DNA of 64,000 nucleotides from Lingula anatina (taxonomy: Eukaryota > Animalia > Brachiopoda). The notes beneath the pieces were generated by a model. That model did no database searches, was not told the DNA's origin, and worked only from the letters and a program-made list of their open reading frames with translations. Both the position numbers and the translations under genes were made by a program. The stretch lies in contig CM120641.1 in the NCBI GenBank assembly GCA_051362555.1, positions 22,692,001 to 22,756,000 of the forward strand, read 5' to 3'. Positions 13,501-25,527 of this stretch are shown piece after piece (positions within the stretch are counted from its first letter, which is position 1; every line of letters begins with the position of its first letter).

Positions 13501-14663
13501 TTTTTCTTATATTGTGTTATCAGTGTTGCATTTATATTGAAAATAGTGAAAAAACAGCATAAATTACCTAAAAGTGACCCGATCATGCTGATTTTCGAAC
13601 TTGACCTGCGTATTATGAATATTCATCAGTTCTGTAAGTTTCAAGTCAAAAGGTAAAATGGTTTTCCACTTATCGTGTTATCTGTGCTGCATATATGCTG
13701 AAAAAAGTGAAAAAACAGCATTAATTCCCTAAAAGTGACCCGATCATGCTGATTTTCGAACTTGACCTGCATATTATGAATATTCATCAGTTCTGTAAGT
13801 TTCAAGTCAAAAGGTAAAATGGTTTTCCACTTATCGTGTTATCGGTGCTGCATACATGCTGAAAAAAGTGAAAAAACAGCATAAATTCCCTAAAAGTGAC
13901 CCGATCATGCTGATTTTCAAACTTGACCTGCGTATTATGAATATTCATCAGTTCTGTAAGTTTCAAGTCAAAAGGTAAAATGGTTTTCCACTTATCGTGT
14001 TATCTGTGCTGCATATATGCTGAAAAAAGTGAAAAAACAGCATTAATTCCCTAAAAGTGACCCGATCATGCTGATTTTCGAACTTGACCTGCGTATTATA
14101 AATATTCATCAGTTCTGCAAGTTTCAAGTCAAAAGGTAAAATGGTTTTCCACTTATCGTGTTATCGGTGCTGCATATATGCTGAAAAAAGTGAAAAAAAC
14201 AGCATAAATTCCCTAAAAGTGACCCGATCATGCTGATTTTCGAACTTGACCTGCGTATTATGAATATTCATCAGTTCTGCAAGTTTCAAGTCAAAAGGTA
14301 AAATGGTTTTCCACTTATCGTGTTATCGGTAAAAGTGCACGGCGACGGCGACGGCGACGACAGCGACGACGGCGACGGCGACGACAGACGCAGATGATGG
14401 CTATATGTACAGACACATCTGTGTCTGTACATAAAAATTAATCTCAAATATATTCTGAATTTCTTTCTTTGCCTCTTCAACACAGTATGTTTGACCGAGT
14501 GTGTTCAAATAAGAAACTACCTTTTTCTGAGAGCTCTACGCATACACACCTGCGATTTGGCCAATTTTCTTTTGAGGCTGGTAACTCTTCCTATGTTTTC
14601 TGTTCGTTTCCCTGGCTTGTCCGGGGACTCTTGTTCAGCCCCAGCACAGCTGCGAAGTTGCAT
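568..14663 (-). CDS. CTDSPL2: CTD small phosphatase-like protein 2 (SCP4; FCP1/NIF-family HAD phosphatase), 12 coding exons, ~456 aa
   Basis: Exons in transcription order: 14663-14550, 7907-7824, 7488-7335, 6649-6530, 4262-4167, 3419-3248, 3025-2914, 2230-2144, 1939-1797, 1562-1436, 1049-954, 633-568 (TGA). All are GT-AG with consistent phases (1371 nt). Translation includes [12 protein letters not shown]...[28 protein letters not shown] (DxDxT catalytic motif), [66 protein letters not shown], characteristic of CTDSPL2. The N-terminal exons (MQLRS..., 7907-7824) are less certain. Confidence 0.93.
1228..1469 (-). repeat. ~54-bp tandem repeat derived from the 3' end of a CTDSPL2 exon plus its splice donor
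   Basis: tacc(t/a)gg(t/a)a(g/a)ccaaatg...gtggagag(t/c)tgtcca recurs at ~1273, 1325, 1379 and 1433 (spacing 52/54/54), with a degenerate fragment near 1230. Confidence 0.9.
2436..2698. mobile_element. Degenerate MITE
   Basis: Terminal inverted repeats gcccttttcacat / atgtgaaaggggc. Confidence 0.5.
3208..3240. repeat. (GA)n microsatellite
   Basis: Direct reading. Confidence 0.9.
6136..6425. repeat. Two-copy ~148-bp tandem duplication
   Basis: catatgaaattttcattaactgcttgaacaagttt...ttttgagaatttataacc recurs at ~6136 and ~6284. Confidence 0.85.
9564..9963. repeat. Perfect 200-bp tandem duplication
   Basis: ttctcaagcatctcaatacccattc...agcgcacaaagag at 9564-9763 is repeated at 9764-9963 with no visible differences. 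Confidence 0.92.
10140..12845. repeat. Complex long-period repeat block (A and B modules)
   Basis: Module A (cagactgcattgcctactgaagctgt...) at ~10161, 10525, 11425 and 11760. Module B (aaacaagacagcactgttctgaaatg...) at ~10810, 12041 and 12443. A poly(A) run lies at 10481-10523. Confidence 0.85.
12845..14436 (+). mobile_element. Helentron/HINE-like non-autonomous element(s) with an internal ~161-bp tandem array
   Basis: ~161-bp units (gacccgatcatgctgattttcgaacttgacctgc at 13576, 13737, 13898, 14059, 14221; diverged copies at ~12865, 13025, 13185, 13415). Each run ends in a (GACGGC)n microsatellite, then the hairpin atgtacagacacatctgtgtctgtacat and an A-run (~13361-13392 and ~14405-14436). This core-repeat/microsatellite/3'-palindrome layout is typical of HINEs. 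Confidence 0.7.
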
Positions 14664-15548
14664 GGCATGCCACGAAGTACTCACATCATCCTCCGCTCTG
14701 AAAGACAAGCACACATCACATTTAGATACAGAGAAGCAGAGGACACGCTCATAGGCAATCATTAGAAATAACTGAACTCAAAATTTTGTAAAGCATTGAA
14801 TGAAATTTTTTTTTAAAGCAAGAATTTATGTAATCTTGCTAATAAAGTAATCCACAAAATACTTTTACAAGGAAAAGCATATCAAATATTCCAAAATGTG
14901 TGTTCCACTTCAGTCCACTTGCAAGTTTGATTTTCTTTGGAATAAATGCAACCAAAATATTGAAAACTGAAGTAAATTTCCACACACATAAATGCCCATA
15001 GATATAAACCAACAATATGCAGGACATGGATTGCAATTTTTTTTTTCTTAAAATTTGCCAGATATAAAAATGCTGCTGCTAATGAGCTATGAAAGCAATT
15101 GGTGTTCACGTTTTGTACAATCAACCTGTAGGGTCTTTTGCATCAGAAATCAGCTGAAAGGATGGATAATTTCAACTAAATAGATAAATGTACTCTCACA
15201 TTTCCTCAACATTAAATATAATCCACATTTTTGGGAACAATTTTCACCACATAATAAATAGGACAAATGTTCACTAACTTTACCAACTGCAAAGCAGAAC
15301 AAGGTAAATCTACAGCAAAATATTGATTTGTAGATTTGTGTAGCCCATAGATACAGTCAAATACTTTAACATATGGTGTGCACATTATATTCTCTGTTGA
15401 ATGTATGGGCTAAGTCACTTTATTATAACCACAAATGTCAGATCACCAGATTCATACATGCATTTCATTGCTCTCCATCTTATTGAATATCAAATTACCT
15501 GCCACAAGTTACTAATGGGGGCAACATTAAACAGGTGATGAATTATTT

Positions 15549-16019
15549 GGGCCATTCACATTAGCAAGTAAACTGCAGTCCAGTTAACTCCGATAGAAAC
15601 CACTTTCTTTGCATTCAACACGATATCTACAGGTTTTTGAGTAGTGATGAATTGTTATGCTATACAAAATATTTCATTTGCTCATGTCAAGAATTATTTT
15701 TACTAAAAAAAAAAAAAAGCAAATATGTGCAGCAAGGAGAAAAAGCAGATTGTAGTTGTTACATGAAGCAGAGTCAAGGACGTCTATGTTTCAGTGTTAG
15801 TACTGTCAGTATTTCCTGCGAAATCTGATGAATTGTCCATTTGTACGCATGCATTCTAAATGTGATTTAGATTTTATAGTGATAGAACCCTAGGCCTGGA
15901 TCTGGGTTTATTTGGACAGCAGTCACAAGTTTATAGTCAGTTCACATTTTAAAAAACCAGCCCCTATAGGACCACGATCAGGCCTTTACAGCAGCTGAAA
16001 TTGCCAGTGTGAACGGTCC
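15549..16019. mobile_element. Degenerate MITE
   Basis: Imperfect TIRs gggccattcacattagcaa / ttgccagtgtgaacggtcc. Confidence 0.4.
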
Positions 16020-19000
16020 TACTGACATCAGCCAGAACTAGGTTACAAAAACATGCATGAAACACAAGTGATGCTGTCATTAACATTTTAACAAATATCA
16101 TGCTACTTATCTACCTTCCAATAGTCCTAGGACATATATTACTTTGTATAAAGCTGAATTTCAATATTTCCTGAGGTATTAATTAAACATAAAAAACTAT
16201 TTAGAGGGGGGGAAAACATAATTCATTCATCCGAGGGTAATTATAGGAGTTTAGTGCCGATTAGCTTTCATGATAGACCTAAGTTTATATAACAACCCAT
16301 TTATAAGCCTGCTTGTGTACCTATTCACATACCAACAGGTATATAAGCAAGCCATCAGTCAGTATATCGCTTGTCACTGATTTCATAAAACTATCCTCCA
16401 GCTACCAGTGTTAAATGCTGGCTTATGTGTGAATGACACTTGACAAGTTATCAAGTTAATGAACAACAGTGTTTCCCTAAATGGTGCATTTATTGGAAGT
16501 TCCCATTTCTGCTTTCAAATTATTTTGAAGGAAATATTCAACAGCAACATTAAAAAAAATTACAAGCTTGGCATCATTTTATCATCTGTAAAATGCTCTC
16601 CAATATTTCAGTGTCACAAGGAACAATGTTAAATTTAGGAATGCAAATACTAGAAACTCTTATTATGGCTGATGTTTTGAAGAAAAATCATAGTAAATTT
16701 GGCATAAAAAATTTTCAAAGCAAATATTAGACTTGCATTGTATACAGACAGTCAAGTGGGCGTTGATTTAGTTCACCTTTGTGAGGTGAGGTCAGCTTCA
16801 CTTTCTGTCTCCAGATACTTGACATGTGAAGCACTGGTAATCATAAAACTGGGACCAAAGTCTATGAAGTTACGTCACAAATGGAAGCAGTTCCATTTAC
16901 AAAATATTATACTTCTTATTTCATGTAAATCCTACTAATTTCCAATTACGTTCAATTATTCTTAACCCTAAGACTTATCCAAAACTTTCACAATAGCTTA
17001 TATTTTAACTGTATTAGGGCCTACTCAAAACATATGAAAATGTATTTCATGTTTCAGGCAATACGCTCCTACTTAATATCAAATATTAAGATTATACTCA
17101 AGTGTCTGTGGTCTTTGTTACACATTAGTGTAGACAGATAGATGGTGACTGAATTAGTAAGAATTTTCAATCCAATAAATTGTATACTGTTCCTCAATAA
17201 AAATGTCTTAATGCACATAATTATTTAAAGAACCCACTTTCAAATGAACAAACAAAATATTAAAGCCGTCCTATCCGCTGCATCTCCAATTATATGAAGT
17301 CTGACACATAGTAATGATGCAGTGATTCATCCCCTGCTCCAGATGTCCAGATAAGGCAGTCGCATACTACTACATGTCCAAGCTTTGGGAGGGGTACAGA
17401 TTAACATTAAAGCTTATCCACTAGCACTGGGCAGGCCAAGTAGACAGATGACACACTTGCCCCCAAGGAGTCACTCCATTTCTCCAGGTAGTTAATGTTA
17501 TCCACTCTCTGCTGGCGGTAAACCACACAAATACTATGAGCAAGGTATTAATAGTGTGTGTAATGCAAGTATCAACATGTTGATTTAATAGCATGTCCGT
17601 ACCTGTCTAATCACCTTTCTGTCCCCCCCTCCCCAATCTTAAAACTGTCCGCATGAAGAATATAGGCACTGGTGTAACAAAACCCAAGCAATGCCACTGC
17701 ACTATACAGACCCTACATAATATGGGCCATATTTTACAACAGAAACCGGATACTCTTGGATAAAGAGCCTTTTTAATTTGTTTAAAAACTAATTTAAGTA
17801 TAGGATAAAAAAAATGATATACTTACATAGGTTACCTACAATCAAAACCCAAAGTCCATTAACCTTTCATATATATGTTTAACACTACAATACAACTTAA
17901 AGATTATATACCCCAAGAGTGTAGTTTGCATTTCATACAAAATCGATATCCAAGTGTATAGCATAATTGAAACTGACCCCTACCATGTTCCTCTGCTGTT
18001 TAATTTGATTGATTTTCTTGTTGCGCCAGCACCAATCCATACATTGATGTTTACTTTCCCTACCTGCCTTAGTTCTAACATAAATTAAGCTTAAAGTAAC
18101 TTAGGAAAGACCGTGTATATATCTACCTGTTGACAACGCTCCTGTGACCTACATTCTCCCTGCGTCTGACTACTTCTACTAATAGCTTAGTCTTCAATGC
18201 TAACCCTGGCATAAAGCCAAAGCTTGGGATCCAGCCAACTTCAGTTAATTTTAGAGCAGGCTGCTTGCTGAATGAATAAGGTCACAATCAATATAGAGCC
18301 TTACCTTGGAATACATCTAAGGGAAAATGTAAAATAGCTTTGAATGTTAGACGGGATAAATCTCTGTAGAAATTTGATAAACTGCTCTTAGGACCAAGCA
18401 AACAGAGTAACTTAGAAGTTTTTTACAGTGCCCTAGTGTCACTTATAATCAAATGTGAATGTTAAAGACTGGGGCATTTTTTCACACCTGACAGAAATTG
18501 GAGACTGGCCAATAAGGAACATCAAAAAACCAACTGGTTTAGGAATATAAATGTCAGTCATGAAATACCTATAAATGGCTCTTAACAGTCCCTCATGACA
18601 TAACAACAAAACCATCACAAAAAAATACTACTAGTGTTCAAATTTCCAAAAGTTGTTCATCCAAGTTGTGTTGCACTCTTCAACAGCACAGCAGAAACCC
18701 AGTGCCAATCAAAAACAGGTAAAAACAACAGGAGAGAAGGTAAAGCAAGTGGACTGGTAGATAAAATTACTAGTATACCAGCAAACACCCAACTCATTCC
18801 ATCCAGCTGCATCATGGATCACGACACCCTTCCTCTTCTACCTTTTCAGTTTGTTTCTTTTTATACAAAAGTAACCACTGACAAAGGCCAGTCTCAGCAA
18901 ATGATCTTTAAAATGAATGTTTTCAATAGATAGTGCTTACTAAGTTCAGTTTGAATTAAATCCTGTGGTTGACTAAGTTTTTGGGGCATATGGTATTTAG

Positions 19001-21504
19001 GCAAGTGCTCTCTATAACTTACTAATGTCTCGTAAACAATAATTGCCATTAGGAATCATTCATATTACAGTGCTTGCATCAAGTATTTATTCTATCGCAC
19101 TATGAAATCACAGATTACATCGTTCATTTAGCAATCTTCATCAAAAATCTGTGCTTTGCATTGAAATAACAAACAGAAATTTCATTTAAACAAGGTCTGT
19201 GACTTGCTTGAAATTCTTTTACTTGCCTCACAAAGATCCAACTCAAATTAAAAAAAAAATAAAAAACTTGTTAAATTTACATTTAAAGAGAGCACAGAGT
19301 CTCAGTATAATGCATATAAACCACTTCTTTTAGCTTTAACTTTATAAAATCATAAAAGACTAAAATAAAGTCTAAATTCTAAACTGAAGAAACCACTCAA
19401 TCAGCCAAAGAGGGATTTTAAAACTGCACACTCTTCAAATTTCTGGTAACAAAATGACCTACTCATCTCACCCTCCAGTTCCTAAAAGTCCATTAAATGA
19501 CATTGTACTGGGTTTGCATTGTATAATTATCACTCCAATGTATGAATGTAGCTGCATGTGCAATTGCATACTTATTCAAACGAGTTGCCAAAAACCAGCA
19601 ATAGTTATATTTAGCAGAAAATATCCGCTTATGTAGCATTTTAGGGTTAACGCAAAAAAATGTCCTTTGGTATTTTTTTAAAGTTATACTATTAACAAAA
19701 TTCAATGGCTGGGTTGTGGCAAAAGTCTGACTTCAAATGCGTCTTTGGAGTTTTTAAAATTTCAAAGAATGACTCTCGATGGCATGAATATACAATATTG
19801 TTACATGGGTATGCGTGTGTATGCGTGGGGAGGGGGGGGTCGGTGGGGGGGGGAGAACACTATCTAAATAACCTCATTTACAGCTGGGTCCATGAAGATG
19901 TATATTTTGACAGTGGCCCTTTGCTGCAGTGTACTAGATGGATAAACTCAACTGGTACTCAAATTTATTTATTAACATTATTTCTTAAACTCATAATTAG
20001 AAAAAAAGAGTGCAACAGCTGATGGTAAAATCTATTCACTGGTACTGATAGCATTAGGTGACAAAAATCAAAATTTCACATATGTAAGTAAACAACTCAT
20101 CCTGTACATCTGTGAAAAGTGGTTTCACATTATATTCCCATATCTTGGTCAGTGCTCATTTTTCTAAATTATCTTTAATTCTTATTATCTCATTGCTCTG
20201 GTGATTGAAATAAAGCTGTCTTTTCATATGCACATCAGATCAATAAGCAAGTGCAATATGCTGCTATAGCACTAGCTTCAAAACAAACCATTTCACTGTG
20301 CCCTAATTACATGGCAATTTCCTAAGAGACTGATGAATAATATTCAACTCAGTTTGACAACAGACGGATAAGTGTTCAGAGAGGATAATGAAAATTAGAA
20401 GCTTTCTTTAAACAGATGACAAAATCCCCATCAATATTACCATTGATATTAAAACAGTATGTCACCAATATTCTTGATCAATAACTTTAATATCATCATC
20501 AATGTTATGTTACAGAAAAGTTATAATTTAGACTAACACTAGAAAAGTAAATGTTCAACTATTAATTAAAACATTATTTAAATGGATTATAGAAAATGAG
20601 ACCCATCTTTTAAAATGCTGCCAATGTATCACTCTCTCATTAAAAATGTTTAAGATTTGACAAAATTGAAGTTTATGGCTGAGTGTTCCAGAGAGTTTAA
20701 TGTGATCATCTGCAAAAGCAAAGGCTGCCATAAAAGATATTTTTAAGTTGAAATACCCAGTTAAAAATCACTTTATAAAGAAAAACCTTACTATAAGGCT
20801 CACAAATAAAATTACATTTTTATGGTTTAAATAAATGTCTGAAATATTTTTAACAAATACAAGGTCCTAATAGTTATGTAAAAATGTAAACACATGGCTA
20901 TAACTGATAAATAATTTGTGCATTAAGATAATTTAGGAGTAAATTGGACATAATTTCAATCATGAGATTACAGCAGAAATATAAAGTCACAGTCTACATT
21001 TCTCAAAATACAGAAGTCTTGTTTCCATTCAAGGTGGTTTAAAATCAGCATGACACATTTGGTTTATTGGGGTGGAAAGGGGGTGGGGGAGGGGCTTAGG
21101 AACAAAAACAAGTGTCTGTAATGGTCTATTGTTGTTGATACACTATGTCGGAAAAAAATGATGGAAAGCCACTTGTCTATACCATAACACCACCAAGTAG
21201 TAGAACAGGGATCATCAGATTAACTTCCTATGAAGGGTTCATCATATTTTTGCCAAGTTACTACGTTGATCCAATTTGATAGGAAACAGCTTAACACTGA
21301 TGTATTTGGTTTAAAGCTAATCTATTATTGATTACTATTAGATAGCCGCCCTTGAACACAGATATGAAATTTATTCACAAATGAGTTAAACTCACATACA
21401 CGCATGTTGTCACATGCTGGAGATTGATATTAATTACAATTCATTATCATACTCACTGATGCTAGAGCTAATAAGAGAAAAATGCTGAGGCAAGTAGCTG
21501 TGAT

Positions 21505-21660
21505 AAGATGCTGGTGGGCTCTAAGCACAAGACTGGTGACACAGTAATCGAAGGTTTGAACCCTCACCAGCTACATACTGCCATGGAGATACATCTTCAG
21601 GTAAGACAAATTTTTACACTTAAATGACTCTCTTAATCAAGTGGTTGAAATGAATATGCT
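21505..21660 (+). mobile_element. Highly degenerate tRNA-derived SINE
   Basis: B-box-like ggtttgaaccc at ~21553, followed by remnants resembling a SINE central domain (ggtaagaca...actctcttaatcaagtggttgaaatgaata). Confidence 0.3.
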
Positions 21661-21837
21661 AAATTGGACACGTGTTAGATATTAAATTTGAAATAGATTT
21701 TGTTTATTTGGAGTGTTTGATGTTGTGACAGTGCTGTTTTTATGAATAATTTCCAACTGAAACCACTTTGTATGCCCATTTAAGCCTTAGGTTTAAATAT
21801 ATCATGCTAGTACCTTTTGTGTTAAAACTTGACAGCA

Positions 21838-21951
21838 AAAAATAAAAATAAATAAAAAATAATAAAATAAATAATAGTAATAATAATAATAAAATAAATA
21901 AATAAATAAAAAATAAGAAAAATAAATAAGAAAAATAAATATATAAATAAA
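21838..21951. repeat. (AAAT/AAT)n low-complexity tract
   Basis: Direct reading. It accounts for the spurious hydrophobic ORFs 21740-21964 and 21802-22071. Confidence 0.85.
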
Positions 21952-23058
21952 CTGCAAGATCCATTTACTAGCAAAGTAATCCATTTTTATGCTACATTTA
22001 TGACTTTGGTTTGCTAAAATAATTTGGTTAAAATAATAATTTAACCCAAGAAGTCTATGCAATATATTCAATGAAATTTAGCAATATCAACTGTATACGG
22101 CATCTAAAAAACATAGGATTTTGTTATACTTATGTTCATAATACAAGATGGCAAATATAAATTTTAATTTCTTTACTTCATAAACAGGAGTCTTTGGTTT
22201 GGTGGGTTTGTCTTATGGATGGATTTAAACCATTATCACCAGAGATACAAACTACGTTTAAAAAAATAGCCATTTTCCTTTTATTCAACTTAAAGCAAAA
22301 ACCATCCATGCAAATTGTTCAAACAGAAGCAAATCTGGTACTGTAGCAAAAAGTGACTCATGCCCATATTTGAGTTCTTGGCTGCATGCCATGAAAATGC
22401 GAGATAATTATCTGAGTTGCATTTTGAGGTTTATCTGTAATTAATTCCAACATATCTGCTACACTGAACTTCAAATATAAATCTACTACAAATCAATTCA
22501 TTTATCTATCATGTTTGGATAATTTTACCCATTTAAGTCTATTATCGTTTAAAAAACTCTATATAATCTGTTGTTGTTATTATTATTTGTATTTCCTGTT
22601 GACTGCACGAATAGCAAAAGATTTACTTTTAAGTCAGACCTTGACACATCGAGAAAACTTGACAATTAATCGCCATGTTGATTTAAAACACTTTATAAAT
22701 TTTTTTAATAGGCTGAAATTAAAATTAAAGGGGCTCAAGTTGTCTCACTTTATGAAATTCTAGTGTGCTTAAAAAGCGTAACTTCACAATATACCATGCT
22801 TGTTTAAAAAGACAAGTGACGATCACTCAATGACCCAAATTTCGATATTAAAATTTAAATTGCAAGTGCAACCTAAACAACCCATGAGAAGCCGGTAGCG
22901 AGCACGGATGCATCTCAAACAGTTATTTTAGAACTGCTAATCAATTTTTATTATTACTTAACTTCATAAGAGATTGGCTATTTCGTCTGAAATCTAATGT
23001 CTTAAGTGCCATCATTTAGATTTCGCCACATATTATGCAGTTAGATGAATTTACTCAC

Positions 23059-23568
23059 CCTTCTTAATGTTTACTCGCTGTCGTTCTCTTTCGCGCGTAT
23101 GTTAAGTGACCCGGATGTTAAGTGCGCACCTGTGGGAGCATCTATAACAAAGATCAGTGGAACAAACCTCAGTGGGTTGGTTGCAAAATAAAAGTCGCAA
23201 GTGTTTAATTTTTTATTACCATTAGGATGTATTCCGACTTAATTGAGACTTTTGGTCAATCTCGCACTTCAGTTTAATGTAATGAACATGTGTAATTAAA
23301 GCACAATTTTTGTCGGTCGAACGATGGAGTCATTAGATAGATAACGGGGGAATCCTTTATCTACCTTAAATTAACCAACAGAAATGACTATGACTCACCG
23401 TCACATCTCTGAAGAATTGTAGAGAGTTCATGCATTGTTGTGTATTTTGCGTATTTGAAGCTTAAGTACACTAACGGATCCAATTTGTCAAGGAGTGTCT
23501 ACGTTTTAACATCTAACTGCGCTTAAAAGGCACCGAAAAGATTTTTCCATGGCGCAGTAGGCCTATAC
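23059..23568 (-). other. Putative 5' non-coding exons of CTDSPL2 (23568-23399 and 23129-23059)
   Basis: Strong minus-strand donors ACG|gtgagt (23399) and AGG|gtgagt (23059), acceptors ttttcag (23569) and cccacag (23130), locally CpG-richer sequence. The ATG-bearing exon begins at an acceptor (ctttcag at 14698), which implies an upstream exon. Confidence 0.5.
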
Positions 23569-24249
23569 CTGAAAACCAACTGAGGCACTTTAATTGCAGT
23601 TTTACGAATATGAAAGTGAAACCGGTTTAAGATGCTTTTTTTTGGCTCCATTGAGCATTTCTCCTTTGTCGAAACATTTCGACGCAAAAGTTAATCCTTT
23701 TGTCTCTGATGATATAGTTTATTGGTCTGTGTGTGGGCAAACAAGTGCGTGTGTCAATATCATATCGTATATATAATAGAACGATGAAAATTATGTGCGT
23801 AGTATAGCTGACGCAGTTATTTTTTATCAGTAGCGGATCGAGGGGAAGGGGGGGGGGGAGAGCGGCAAAATAAATAAATAAAACTGACACAGATATTAAA
23901 GGTATTTTTGTTGATTGTCCGGCAACATTTCTATGAAAGAAGAAATGAATGCAACGCTGTTTTTTGTATTTGAGCGGAGACTTCAGGATATAATGACATC
24001 TTTATGAATGGCAAGAATGATTAAAGGGCAAGACCAATTACGATAAGATTTTTTGTCATAAGCTAAAGAACACCTGAAATGTTATTTTGCGTAGAGAAGG
24101 CAAAAATATATAAATAAAGAAAATAACAACAGGCGTAGGCCTACTCATTATCTGAGATTATCACTAGCTGATCCCGGAAGATGAGAAGTGGACTTTTAGG
24201 GATGAATCCGCTATTTTGTTGAGTGGGCGTGCAAAGATGGAACCTGATG

Positions 24250-24290
<41 letters not shown>

Positions 24291-24438
24291 AGATTATTAT
24301 ATACCAGTATCATGTAAATTTTTACTCTCTGCCAGGGGCCAGATTGGAGAGCACGTCTTTTTTGAGGAAAATAATTATATAATTAATAGGAGCGTAGGAT
24401 ACTGGTGAATTCCCAGAAAAATATCTGTGGAAATCTTT

Positions 24439-24658
24439 CCCTCTACCAGGGCCACAGAATAATTTTTCACTAAATATTGACGGATAGGCCTATGTCCCTG
24501 TCCAGTTCATGACAATTTTTTCTGCTCCTACAGAAGAGGATCTGATCGTTTCATAAATTAATCAGAGACATGTCTGTGTTTTATTTTTAAATCAATCTGT
24601 GCCCCTCCAGGTAGAGGGTGTGTATATTTAGTGAAAAAATTATGGCCCTGGTAGAGGG
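24439..24658. mobile_element. MITE-like inverted-repeat element
   Basis: ccctctaccagggccacagaataatttttcactaaatat pairs with atatttagtgaaaaaattatggccctggtagaggg. Confidence 0.6.
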
Positions 24659-25527
24659 TATGATTATATGGGCGCTGCGTCAATATCTTCGTTGCTGAAA
24701 AGTCTACATGTAGGGCCTATTTGCCTGGATGTTCTCGGGCCTTAATATATGTAGTATGGAATAAGAAACTTACGGTACCTTTTTGCAAGCTCAAAGTACG
24801 TGTGCTATTAATTTTCATTAACACCATGAAACTTATGCTCCAAGAGCTTTTGGTAAGCCTTTATTTCGTTCCATTTATGGGATGTGGAAGTTATTCAACG
24901 ACGTTAATGGAGGGGGGGTGGGGGGGGGGGGTGGTGGTGGAGGGGGGTGTAGAGAAAAGCTACGAAAAGCTACCCTCTGCCAAATATTCGCGATCAAAAG
25001 TGAAATCATCACATTCGAAAGTTCTAATGATATTACTAGGAATTAAGACGAAGAGCAAGTTTTATCCGTTTCATGGTTCCTAGTTTGAAAGAATACCCCC
25101 TTCTTCACATTCAGCTAGCCATGCTTTATAACTTTATTTCAGGACACAGTTACGCCCCTTGAACCCATAATATGATGTTCGTCATTTAAAACCAATGACA
25201 TGGTGTTCAATAGAATATCCGGGTGATGATAAACGAAAATAGTGGTGTGCGGTGCTATCTTTGTTCCGCGAAGCGGCAACACCGATCTCGATTGTACCTG
25301 AATGAACTGTTCCGCCATATAGGGGGATAAGGATCGATAAGGTATCAAAACATGCAAACATCTAAACGTGCCAGAGAAATTTTATCTTTATTAATCAAAA
25401 ACCACAATTTCATAATGTTAAATTGATTTTTAGGAAATATAAGATGACTGGCTGCAAAGAGTCTTTCAAAGATACTTGAGAAAATGAGCTGTCTCCCCTC
25501 CACAGTTTAGCACCTTGACCCGCAGTA

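Noticed and set aside
13553-14330. CRISPR-like array
   Set aside because: Units are near-identical along their whole length with no unique spacers; the context is eukaryotic and there are no cas genes.
23612-23623. ISRE-like GAAAGTGAAACC
   Set aside because: A single short motif in AT-rich DNA with no independent support.
24721-25083. 120-aa ORF upstream of CERS1
   Set aside because: Non-ATG start, includes a poly-G tract, and has no homology cues or splice signals.
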